Source: Gammaproteobacteria bacterium | GTDB lineage: Bacteria; Pseudomonadota; Gammaproteobacteria; Pseudomonadales; Halieaceae | Length of the DNA stretch: 44,020 bases | Direction: 5' to 3' | Assembly: GCA_027295405.1 (NCBI GenBank) | Contig: JAPUKZ010000073.1 | Coordinates: 1 to 44,020, forward strand | Shown: positions 17,814 through 26,333 of the stretch, one piece after another | Layout: each line of letters starts with the position of its first letter | Numbering within the stretch: the stretch's first letter is position 1 | Program-made: the position numbers and the translations under genes | The notes under the pieces: model-generated | Told to the model about the DNA's origin: nothing | The model's database searches: none | Seen by the model: the letters and a program-made list of their open reading frames with translations, nothing else

Positions 17814-19082
17814 GTGGATTTTCATATCCCAGAGGCTATAGCGAGTTTTCTCAAAGAAGTCGATGAATTCATAGAGGAGAAGATCAAACCCCTGGAACAG
17901 GCGGATGACAATATTCGCTTTTTCGACCATCGTCGCGAGGATGCCCGCACCGACTGGGATCGTGAGGGGCTACCCAGCAAGGAGTGGGAGGCACTGCTGG
18001 GTCAGGCGCGTCGTCTGGCGGTTGAGGCTGGCTTGTTCAGTTACCCCTTCCCCACAGAGTACGGTGGCCGGGATGGCAGCAACCTGGGAATGGCGATAAT
18101 CCGTGAGCATCTCACCAGCAAGGGCCTGGGTTTGCACTGTGACCTGCAGAACGAACACGCCATAGTCGGCAACAATATTGGCCTGTTGCTGATGCTGGAG
18201 TATGGCACCGAAGCCCAAAAGGCCCAGTGGGTAGAGGGCCTGGCGGCCGGTAAGGTCGGATTTGCCATGGCTATTACCGAACCAGAACATGGCTCCGATG
18301 CCACCTATATGGAAACCGGCGCTGTACGGAAAGGCGATGAGTGGATTATCAACGGTGAGAAAACCTGGAATACCGGTGTCCATGTCGCTACCCGGGATAT
18401 TGTACTGGCGCGCACCTCGGGGGAACCGGGTGACGGGAAGGGTATTACCGCGTTTCTGGTGCCTATGGATGCACCGGGCCTGAAGGTAGAAGAGTATCTG
18501 TGGACGTTCAATATGCCCACTGATCACGCCCGTGTCTCCTTTACCAATGTGCGGGTGAATGACTCCGAGATATTTGGTGGTGAGGGCAGAGGGCTGCAAC
18601 TGGCGCAGCACTTTTTCAATGAAAACCGCATCCGGCAGGCGGCCTCCAGCCTGGGTGCGGCGCAGTTTTGCGTGGATGAATCCGTCGAGTACGCGATGCA
18701 GCGCAAGCCCTTCGGTAAACCCCTGTCGGTGAACCAGGGTATCCAGTTCCCGCTGGTAGAGCTGCAAACCCAGTGTGAGATGCTGCGGGCTTTCATTCAC
18801 AAGACCACCTGGTTGATGGACGAAAATGGCGCGTTTTCCTGCTCAGACAAAGTATCCATGTGTAACTACTGGGCCAACCGCTTGTGCTGCGAGGCTGCGG
18901 ATCGTGCCATGCAGGTGCACGGTGGTCTTGGCTATTCCCGGTACAAGCCTTTCGAACATATCTATCGGCACCACCGCCGTTACCGCATCACCGAGGGTAC
19001 CGAGGAAATACAAATGCGGCGGATTGCAGGTTACATGTTTAAATTTATGCAGCAGCAAGCGCCCAAGGGCGTGGATGACTAG
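17814..19082 (+). CDS. Acyl-CoA dehydrogenase (FadE2 / ACAD10-11-like subgroup suspected)
   Basis: AITEPEHGSDATYM FAD/substrate motif, C-terminal ITEGTEEIQMRRIA with the catalytic Glu context, and AAAGGAGAAG before GTG 17814. Confidence 0.9.
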   Translation: MDFHIPEAIASFLKEVDEFIEEKIKPLEQADDNIRFFDHRREDARTDWDREGLPSKEWEALLGQARRLAVEAGLFSYPFPTEYGGRDGSNLGMAIIREHLTSKGLGLHCDLQNEHAIVGNNIGLLLMLEYGTEAQKAQWVEGLAAGKVGFAMAITEPEHGSDATYMETGAVRKGDEWIINGEKTWNTGVHVATRDIVLARTSGEPGDGKGITAFLVPMDAPGLKVEEYLWTFNMPTDHARVSFTNVRVNDSEIFGGEGRGLQLAQHFFNENRIRQAASSLGAAQFCVDESVEYAMQRKPFGKPLSVNQGIQFPLVELQTQCEMLRAFIHKTTWLMDENGAFSCSDKVSMCNYWANRLCCEAADRAMQVHGGLGYSRYKPFEHIYRHHRRYRITEGTEEIQMRRIAGYMFKFMQQQAPKGVDD

Positions 19083-20489
19083 GTGAGCGATTCCTTCCGC
19101 ACCCGGTTGGCTGCGGCACTGGCCCGCCAGATTGATGGATTTGAGGAGCTGCTGGCCTGCGACAAACTGACAGCTGGCGCCAGCCTGGAGACATACCGAT
19201 TACTGGCTCGCGTGGCAGGGAAGAAAACACACTATGCCCTGCGTCGCTCACCTTTGGAGAATTCTGCCGGCGATGCGGTGGGCGGGATTGACTTAAAGAC
19301 CGAGGCACAACTGCTTCAGATCATGGGCTGCGCAGGTATCCCCGAGCCTGAAGTACTCTACGTGCTGCAGCCGCCAGACCAACTGGGCAGCGGGTTTGTG
19401 ATGCAATGGCTGGACGGGGAAACGCTGGGCGCGCGCATCCTCCGATCCGAAGAACTGGCTGCTGTGCGACCCAGACTTGCCCGTGAATGCGGGGAAATAC
19501 TTGCCCGCATTCACAGCGTTGACTGGCAGTCGCACCAGCTCGACCAGGTGCTGCCCCGGTTTTCGCCGGAACAGCTGGTACATGAATCCTGGGACTGCTA
19601 TCGCGAGCTCGGAGTGGCCGAACCCATGATCGATTACGCTGCACGCTGGTTGCTGGAACACTTGCCTGAGGAGTCATCGCTTAGTGTTGTTCACGGTGAT
19701 TTCCGCAATGGCAACTTGATGGTGACTCCTGAGGGGATCAAAGCGGTACTGGATTGGGAGATAGCGCATCTGGGCGACCCGATCAGGGATTTGGGCTGGC
19801 TCTGCGTAAACTCCTGGAGGTATGGCAATGCGAAGCTGCCGGTGGGTGGATTTGGTGAGGTAGAGGATTTACTGGCGGCATACAACTCGGTCGCCGAGCA
19901 ACCGGTAACGCCGGAGCAATTGGTCTACTGGCAGGTTTTTGGTTCGTTCTGGTGGGCGGTGGCCTGCCTGCGTATGGCGCAAAGCTGGCGCGGTGGTGAA
20001 AATTCCAGTGTGGAGCGTCCGGCAATCGGTCGGCGTTCCTCCGAGGCGCAGATGGACTGTGTAAACCTGTTAATTCCTGGTGCATTTGCACAGCCCGCGG
20101 CTGCTGCGGACAGGCTGAAGCACTATCGGTTGCCCGTAGCCGAAGAGTTGCTGGAGAGCGTGGAGCGGTTTCTACAGCAGGACGTCGCTGTCGATGCAGA
20201 CCCCCAACGGAAGTTCATGGCCAGGGTAGCCGCCAATTCCCTGGCCACGGTGCGTCGCGAAATTGGACTCAGTGCCGATTTGTTGCAGGCGGAAGCTGAG
20301 CGCTTGCGAGAGATCCTGGATTGCACCGGTGAGGTGTATGAGTTGCGCGCACAGCTGGTACAAGCGCTGCGTAATGGGCTGCCGCTTGAAAGTGAGGGCC
20401 TGGCGCCGCATCTGCGGCAATCTGTTGCCGGGCAGTTGGCCATTGACCAGCCAGAGTATACCGCGCTGCAAATGCCAGAAATGCGTTGA
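19083..20489 (+). CDS. Phosphotransferase (APH/choline-kinase-like) family protein fused to a C-terminal ~120-aa helical domain (recalled as DUF6285-like)
   Basis: HGDFRNGNLM catalytic loop and the DWE motif. The start abuts the ACAD stop (TAG then GTG). The tail from about residue 345 (LPVAEELLESVERFLQQDV...ARVAANSLATVRRE) is a distinct domain. Confidence 0.8.
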   Translation: MSDSFRTRLAAALARQIDGFEELLACDKLTAGASLETYRLLARVAGKKTHYALRRSPLENSAGDAVGGIDLKTEAQLLQIMGCAGIPEPEVLYVLQPPDQLGSGFVMQWLDGETLGARILRSEELAAVRPRLARECGEILARIHSVDWQSHQLDQVLPRFSPEQLVHESWDCYRELGVAEPMIDYAARWLLEHLPEESSLSVVHGDFRNGNLMVTPEGIKAVLDWEIAHLGDPIRDLGWLCVNSWRYGNAKLPVGGFGEVEDLLAAYNSVAEQPVTPEQLVYWQVFGSFWWAVACLRMAQSWRGGENSSVERPAIGRRSSEAQMDCVNLLIPGAFAQPAAAADRLKHYRLPVAEELLESVERFLQQDVAVDADPQRKFMARVAANSLATVRREIGLSADLLQAEAERLREILDCTGEVYELRAQLVQALRNGLPLESEGLAPHLRQSVAGQLAIDQPEYTALQMPEMR

Positions 20490-20772
20490 AGCAGTGGTGG
20501 ACGAACCCCGTGAGCGTGCCATGGCGGTGGCCCGGAAGATCGCCGGAAAGAACCGAAGGTCCGAAGGTCGTGTGGAAGGGGTCCGGAGAGTCAGGCAAGG
20601 CTTGCCGCTTGTCCTTACACAACATATATTTGGCAACTGTCATGACATATGCCGGCGTGGTTCAGGATGGGATTTGTATCGGAGTGTGAGTTTTCACGAG
20701 TGCCGGGCCTGAAAGTCAGTAATTGGCTGCAGACTTGATGCGTTTCCCGGTGCTGCGGTTGCAGAGCATCCT

Positions 20773-22008
20773 GTGAGCGCCGATGTCATCATCATCGGTG
20801 CCGGCATCATCGGCCTGTCCACCGCCTGGCAACTGGCCCGGCGCAGTCAGCTCAAGATTCTGGTGTTGGAAAAAGGTGCGGCGGTGGGTGAGGGTTCTAC
20901 CGGTGCCTCCTCGGCGGTGTGTCGCCACCGCTACACTCTTGAAGAAATGGTTGTCCTGGCCCGGGATGGCATCCATGCCTATCGCCACTGGCAGGACTTC
21001 ACTCGGCTGGATGAACCGCGCGCTGCCTTTCAGAACGATGGGGTGCTGTGGATGCCCGGCGCCGATCTGGACTGGGCCGGGATCGAACACGAGCGCATGA
21101 GTGCGCTGGGTATTCGCACGGCGCTGATGGATGATGCGGAACTACAGGCCAGGTTTCCCGCCTTCAGTGTTTGTATCCAGGCACCGGATATGGAAGCAGG
21201 CACCGAGCACCTCTGCAGCGGGGGTGGCAAACACCTGTTGGAGCTGGACGGCGGCTATATGGACCCGGTCGCAGCGACCGAAGATTTGCTCGAGGCCTGC
21301 CGCAAGTGCGGAGTTGAAGTTTGTTTCAGGACGTCGGTAATACAGGTTTTGGAGGAGGGCGGTCGTGTCAGCGGGGTTGAGTTGGGGGATGGAAGTCAGC
21401 TGGAAGCGCCTTTGGTGATCAATGCCGCGGGCCCCTGGTGCAATGACTTCCTCACCCAGTTAGGCGTTTTGCAGAGTTGGACCCTGGCTCCCACCCGCAT
21501 TCAGGTCCTGTATCTGGATCGCCCCCCGGAACTGGTGGGGGATATTCCGGTCACGCTGGATATGCAAAGTGGCATGTATTTCCGGTTGCAGAATAGCGGC
21601 CAGCAATTGGTGGTGGGCTCTGCCAGCGAGCGGGACGAACAGGAAGTGATCGACACGCCGGATGAGTTCGAGCGCTTTCCCGACGAGGCATTTAAGCTTG
21701 CCAGGTTACACGCGCTGCACCACCGCTTGCCAGCATTGCCCTACCGCGGCAGCGTGCGCGGCTACTGTGGGCTCTATACCGTCAACAAACAGGATATGCA
21801 CCCGATCGTGGGCGAGACCGAGGTAGCGGGTTTTTATGTTGCCAATGGTCTTAGCGGACACGGATTCAAGCTGGCACCCGCTATCGGTTCCTTGTTGGCA
21901 CAGCAGATTTGTGGGGAAAAAGCCGATTTTGACACTGAGGTGCAGGGCAGTTTCCTGGCCCCTGACCGTGCTCCCATCCCATTGTCGGACAAGTCGGTGC
22001 TTGCCTGA
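20773..22008 (+). CDS. FAD-dependent oxidoreductase (DAO / sarcosine-oxidase-beta-like family)
   Basis: N-terminal DVIIIGAGIIGLSTAWQLA Rossmann GxGxxG motif and a C-terminal GHGFKLAPAIG motif. Confidence 0.85.
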   Translation: MSADVIIIGAGIIGLSTAWQLARRSQLKILVLEKGAAVGEGSTGASSAVCRHRYTLEEMVVLARDGIHAYRHWQDFTRLDEPRAAFQNDGVLWMPGADLDWAGIEHERMSALGIRTALMDDAELQARFPAFSVCIQAPDMEAGTEHLCSGGGKHLLELDGGYMDPVAATEDLLEACRKCGVEVCFRTSVIQVLEEGGRVSGVELGDGSQLEAPLVINAAGPWCNDFLTQLGVLQSWTLAPTRIQVLYLDRPPELVGDIPVTLDMQSGMYFRLQNSGQQLVVGSASERDEQEVIDTPDEFERFPDEAFKLARLHALHHRLPALPYRGSVRGYCGLYTVNKQDMHPIVGETEVAGFYVANGLSGHGFKLAPAIGSLLAQQICGEKADFDTEVQGSFLAPDRAPIPLSDKSVLA

Positions 22009-22108
22009 AACCTGTAGCGGACTGCCTGGGACCGGCGGTTTCCATCGGTGAGCATCTTTTGGTAAAGTGGTCAGGCCAAAAACTCTATTCCTTTCAGGAT
22101 AACCATTT

Positions 22109-23299
22109 ATGCAAGAAACCTGGCGCTGGTTCGGCCCGGATGACACTGTTTCCCTGCAAAACATTGTGCAGGCCGGTGCCAGCGGCGTGGTGACGTCCCT
22201 GCACCACATACCCACCGGCGAGGCCTGGCCCCTGGCCGAGCTGCAAAAACGCAAGGCGGAGATAGAAGCCCAGGGCCTGGAGTGGTCGGTGGTGGAAAGT
22301 ATCCCGCTGCACAATGACATCAAGACCCGCAGCGGTGACTATCAGCGCCATATCGACAACTACAAAGAGTCACTGCGCAATGTTGGGGCTGCGGGGGTGG
22401 CGGTGGTCTGCTACAACTTTATGCCGGTGCTGGATTGGACCCGCACCAGTCTCGATTACGAATTGCCCAATGCCTCAAGAGCCCTGCGGTTTGAGATGAC
22501 CGACTTCGCAGCCTATGACGTGTATATGCTTGAGCGCGCCGGTGCCGGAGAAGACTACGACCCGGATTTGCTGGCAAGCGCCCGGCAACGTTTTGAGGCC
22601 ATGTCTGAAGGGGAGCGAAAACTGCTGGAGCAAAATATCATTGCCGGTCTACCCGGCGGCGAGGGCGCTTATGACCGCGAAAGTATCCGTGCGGCAATCG
22701 CCGAGTTCATTGAACTCGGCACCGAGGGCCTGCGTGCCCATTTATTCGCGTTTTTGGAGGCAGTCATACCGGTGGCGGAAGCCGCCGGGGTGCGCATGTG
22801 CATTCACCCGGATGATCCGCCTTTCAGCCTGTTCGGTCTGCCCCGCGTGGTGTCGACTGCGGCGGATGCCCATGCCTTGTTGGACGCGGTGCCCAGCCCC
22901 AGTAACGGGCTGACTCTGTGTGCGGGCTCTTACGGTGCCCGCGGCGATAACGACCTGACTGCCATGGCGCGGGAATTTGGCCCCGCCATTCACTTTGTGC
23001 ACTTGCGCAACGTGAAACGGGAGCCGGACGGGTCCTTCTTCGAAGCGGAACACCTGGCAGGCGACAACGACATGGTGGGCTTGATCGAGGCGCTGCTGGA
23101 CGAAGAAACACGGCGTCGGGCCGAAGGTCGCTCGGATATGATTCCCATGCGTCCGGACCACGGTCATCTGCTGGGTGATGAAATCGGCAAAGCAGGCGTT
23201 AATCCGGGTTATTCCTTCGCCGGGCGGTTGAAAGGCCTGGCGGAGTTACGCGGTGTACTGCATACATTGGAAACGCTGCGACGTCGTGACCAAGAATAG
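22109..23299 (+). CDS. uxuA: Mannonate dehydratase
   Basis: MQETWRWFGPDDTVSLQNIVQAGASGVVTSLHHIPTGEAW closely matches the UxuA N-terminus as I remember it. The length (396 aa) fits. Confidence 0.9.
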   Translation: MQETWRWFGPDDTVSLQNIVQAGASGVVTSLHHIPTGEAWPLAELQKRKAEIEAQGLEWSVVESIPLHNDIKTRSGDYQRHIDNYKESLRNVGAAGVAVVCYNFMPVLDWTRTSLDYELPNASRALRFEMTDFAAYDVYMLERAGAGEDYDPDLLASARQRFEAMSEGERKLLEQNIIAGLPGGEGAYDRESIRAAIAEFIELGTEGLRAHLFAFLEAVIPVAEAAGVRMCIHPDDPPFSLFGLPRVVSTAADAHALLDAVPSPSNGLTLCAGSYGARGDNDLTAMAREFGPAIHFVHLRNVKREPDGSFFEAEHLAGDNDMVGLIEALLDEETRRRAEGRSDMIPMRPDHGHLLGDEIGKAGVNPGYSFAGRLKGLAELRGVLHTLETLRRRDQE

Positions 23300-23341
23300 C
23301 CGCGACCAGGAATAGCCGCGACCAACAATAGCCGCGATCAT
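23294..23341. repeat. 3 x 16-bp tandem repeat (GAATAGCCGCGACCAG-like) overlapping the uxuA stop codon
   Basis: Units are at 23294-23309, 23310-23325 and 23326-23341. Each carries a TAG, and because the period is 16 the three TAGs fall in all three plus-strand frames. Confidence 0.8.
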
Positions 23342-23411
23342 GGCTAACCGGATTGCCAGCGTGGGCACTCCGGGAAAAACAATCCCTCAATCAGTGTGTG
23401 CATGGGCATCC

Positions 23412-23870
23412 TCAGGGTTCCACCAGTACATTGGGACGGGGCAGGCCCTGCTCCTCGCAAATGGCGTAGTAGTAGTTGAGGGTGAGCATGCCGTCAACGA
23501 CCATCTCGATCTCGTCACTCTGGTTGAGGTTCAGGTTGGCGCCGTACATCTGGAACCAGACCCGGGTGTCGTCCTCCACGCACTGCAAGGTGTGTTCAGA
23601 GCCGGCCGGTTCAGAGAGGAAGGAACCGGCGCGATTGACGTAGTCGTACTCCTTGTACTTCCAGGCGCCGGAGGTGGTGTAACCGAACACCGGGCCGGTG
23701 TGGCGGTGCTTTTGCACCTCGTAGCCGGCCTGGAATATATTCTCGATAATCCACAGGCCTTCGCCGATGCGCACCTGCAGTACCTTGAGCAGGCTGCCAT
23801 CGCCGATGTCGACAAAGGGCAGGTCGTCCTTGCCAAAGTGAACGGCTTCGGGGGTTTGTATCTGACTCAT
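23412..23870 (-). CDS. Cupin-fold protein, 2,4'-dihydroxyacetophenone dioxygenase family
   Basis: QKHRHTGPVFGYTTSGAWKY...FLSEPAGSEHTL matches the metal-binding cupin pattern of that family (from memory). ATG 23870 has a GGGAG upstream. Confidence 0.7.
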   Translation of the reverse strand: MSQIQTPEAVHFGKDDLPFVDIGDGSLLKVLQVRIGEGLWIIENIFQAGYEVQKHRHTGPVFGYTTSGAWKYKEYDYVNRAGSFLSEPAGSEHTLQCVEDDTRVWFQMYGANLNLNQSDEIEMVVDGMLTLNYYYAICEEQGLPRPNVLVEP

Positions 23871-23929
23871 GTAGGCTCCCTGTCCAACGCCTGGTGACCA
23901 CAGTAGAATAATAACCCCAAACCCCCAAA

Positions 23930-23984
23930 AGTTATCCACAAAACCCGAAAGGGGCCGGGGCCGTTGGTGTTTTTGTGGATAACT
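23930..23984. promoter_or_regulatory. Perfect 14-bp inverted repeat (AGTTATCCACAAAA / TTTTGTGGATAACT) with a 27-bp spacer; each arm contains a consensus DnaA box
   Basis: TTATCCACA at 23932-23940 and TGTGGATAA at 23974-23982. Located between the divergent cupin and hydrolase genes. Confidence 0.6.
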
Positions 23985-23994
23985 ATTCGAGAGA

Positions 23995-24990
23995 TTGACG
24001 GTGTTGAATGCTGATTGGACGCACCACTACGCCATGATCAATGGCATACAGATGCACTATGTGGAGCAGGGGGAGGGGATGCCGGTGGTCTTGTGCCACG
24101 GGTTTCCGCACTTGTGGTTTAGTTGGCACCGGCAGATTCCGGTATTGGCGGCGGCGGGGTTTCGGGTGATTGCGCCGGATATGCGGGGCATGGGGCAGAC
24201 TGCAGCGCCGAAGAATCCGCGGGAGTATGACGTGGATCATATCACCGCTGACCTGGTGGGCTTGCTGGACCATGTCGGGGAAGAGAAGGCCATCTTTATC
24301 GGTCTCGATTTTGGCGCCTTTGCCAACTACGACCTGGCCCTGCGACATCCCGAGCGGGTGATTGCGGTCATAGGGCTTGAGAATCCGGCAGTGCCGCACC
24401 ATCCGGATGAATCGCCCCTTACCGAATACCGGCGCATGGGCGAGCAGCATTTCCTGCACATCGAGTATTTCCGGGAACCGCCCCGCGCCGATGTGGAGCT
24501 GGCGGCGCAAACCCGCACTTTCCTGCGCAAGGTTTACTGGACCCTGAGTGGGGAAGTGAATTACTTCGACATGTTCAAGTATCCCCCTGGCACCAGTTAC
24601 ATCGATGCCATGGTCGAGCCTCCGCCGCTGCCCTGGCCCTGGTTGAATGAGCTGGAGCTGGAGTTTTTCGTGTCTGAATACAGTCAATCTGGTTTTACGG
24701 GAGGCCTTAACTGGTATCGTTCCATGGATATGAAGTGGGAACAGCGCAAGCTTTTTGAGGGCGTGCAGAGTGAAGTGCCCGCCTGGTTTATCGGCAGTGA
24801 AGCGGATGTGGATCTGGAGGGTTTTCACGGGGACGATCCGATCTCGCAAATGCGGGCGATCTTTCCGAACCTGTGCGATGTGCAGATGATTCCCAAAGCG
24901 GGACATATGATTCAGTTGGAGGCCTCGGGTGCGCTGAATGCCCTTCTGGTCGATTATCTAGAGCGCATACGCGCAGCAGAACTAACATGA
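23995..24990 (+). CDS. Alpha/beta hydrolase, epoxide-hydrolase-like
   Basis: INGIQMHYVEQGEGMPVVLCHGFPHLWFSWHRQ (HGFP oxyanion motif) and GGLNWYRS. The start is uncertain (TTG 23995 or GTG 24001). Confidence 0.88.
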   Translation: MTVLNADWTHHYAMINGIQMHYVEQGEGMPVVLCHGFPHLWFSWHRQIPVLAAAGFRVIAPDMRGMGQTAAPKNPREYDVDHITADLVGLLDHVGEEKAIFIGLDFGAFANYDLALRHPERVIAVIGLENPAVPHHPDESPLTEYRRMGEQHFLHIEYFREPPRADVELAAQTRTFLRKVYWTLSGEVNYFDMFKYPPGTSYIDAMVEPPPLPWPWLNELELEFFVSEYSQSGFTGGLNWYRSMDMKWEQRKLFEGVQSEVPAWFIGSEADVDLEGFHGDDPISQMRAIFPNLCDVQMIPKAGHMIQLEASGALNALLVDYLERIRAAELT

Positions 24991-25176
24991 GTGATCTACC
25001 CAGGTGCCCCGAGTGTGGCTCCGAGTACACCTGCGAAGATGGGTTCCCCGGCGGTGGTCAAGATCGGGACCAAAGTGAAGATTAGTCGGCTGGTGACTGG
25101 CGATCACGATATCTATTGCAAGATTGACGGCATCGGTGGCATGAGTTTGAAGTCAGAGTGGGTCAAAAAGACCTGA
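24987..25176 (+). pseudogene. yjdM: phnA/yjdM-like zinc-ribbon protein gene with an internal deletion and frameshift
   Basis: In frame 0, [20 protein letters not shown] is the YjdM N-terminus. In frame +1, [40 protein letters not shown] is the YjdM C-terminus. About 48 central codons are missing, so the whole locus is only 190 nt. Confidence 0.7.
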
Positions 25177-25220
25177 CGATGTCGGTGGACTGATCACAGT
25201 AGTGAACGTATAAGAGTTCT

Positions 25221-26303
25221 ATGGCGTACCGCAATCATTCGGATTTTGATCACAGCCAGGTCGGCAGGATCGGGGTACTGATCACCAACCTGGGCACTCC
25301 GACGGAACCTACCCCGCGCGGGGTGCGCCCGTTCTTGCGGGAATTCCTGTCTGACCCACGGGTGGTGGAGATACCCCGCTTGCTGTGGTGGATTATTCTC
25401 AACGGCATTGTCCTTCCGATCCGTCCGGCCCGCTCGGCCCGCGCCTACAAGTCCATCTGGACCGAGGCGGGTTCGCCCCTGCTGATTCATACCCGCGCGC
25501 AAGCCGATGCCTTGCAGCTGAAGCTGCGCGATGAATACGGCGAGCAGGTGTTGGTGGATTGCGCTTTTCGCTATGGAGAACCCTCTATCGGCCACGGGGT
25601 GCAGTCACTATTGGATCAGGGCGCACGCAGGGTGCTGGTGTTACCCCTATATCCACAGTATTCATCAGCTACCGGGGGTTCCACTTTTGATGCCCTGGCG
25701 GGAGATTTCAGCCGCCGTCGCTGGTTGCCGGAATTGCGCTTCATTACCCATTATCACGACAATCCCGCGTATATTACCGCCCTGGCAGAAAGCATTACGG
25801 CATTTCGCGAGCTTCACGGCGGCGCACAGAAACTGGTGTTTTCTTTCCATGGCACCCCGCGTAGCTTCCTGGAAAATGGCGATCCCTATTATTGCGAGTG
25901 TCAGAAAACTGCCCGCTTGCTGGCCCGGCAACTGGGTTTGCAGGATGACGAACATGTGACGACTTTCCAGTCCCGTTTTGGTGCGGCCCAGTGGCTGCAA
26001 CCCTATACCGATGTCACCTTGCAGGAGCTGGCCGCGCAGGGAATTAATTCGGTGCAGGTGGTGTGCCCCGGCTTCTCCGCTGATTGCCTGGAAACCCTGG
26101 CAGAGATCGCCATTGAGAATCGCGACCTCTACCTCACGGCCGGGGGAGAGCGCTACGAGTATATTCCGGCCCTGAATGCCGAACCCGCGCACATCGAGAT
26201 GCTGGCGAGCCTGGTGGGGGACAATCTGCAGGGTTGGCTGCGGGAGCCTGAAGATGCGCTCGCCAGCAAACAGCGGGCGCTATCGCTCGGCGCCGAGAAA
26301 TAG
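25221..26303 (+). CDS. hemH: Ferrochelatase
   Basis: IGVLITNLGTPTEPTPRGVRPFLREFLSDPRVVEIPRLLWWIILNGIVLPIRP and YPQYSSATGGS are typical HemH motifs. Confidence 0.93.
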   Translation: MAYRNHSDFDHSQVGRIGVLITNLGTPTEPTPRGVRPFLREFLSDPRVVEIPRLLWWIILNGIVLPIRPARSARAYKSIWTEAGSPLLIHTRAQADALQLKLRDEYGEQVLVDCAFRYGEPSIGHGVQSLLDQGARRVLVLPLYPQYSSATGGSTFDALAGDFSRRRWLPELRFITHYHDNPAYITALAESITAFRELHGGAQKLVFSFHGTPRSFLENGDPYYCECQKTARLLARQLGLQDDEHVTTFQSRFGAAQWLQPYTDVTLQELAAQGINSVQVVCPGFSADCLETLAEIAIENRDLYLTAGGERYEYIPALNAEPAHIEMLASLVGDNLQGWLREPEDALASKQRALSLGAEK

Positions 26304-26333
26304 GGGGTGTGCGCTCACGACACAGCAACCTGC

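Noticed and set aside
20490-20772. Small ORFs (for example 20486-20689 and the tail of 20263-20712) in the 283-bp gap after the kinase gene, including a short AVVDEPRERAMAVARKIAG stretch.
   Set aside because: There is no ribosome-binding site and no recognisable family. The composition is Arg/Gly-rich. The stretch could be a remnant, but I cannot support a gene call.
23983-24906. A 307-aa minus-strand ORF opposite the epoxide-hydrolase-like gene.
   Set aside because: The plus strand carries the HGFP and WYRS hydrolase motifs. The minus-strand product has no recognisable features.
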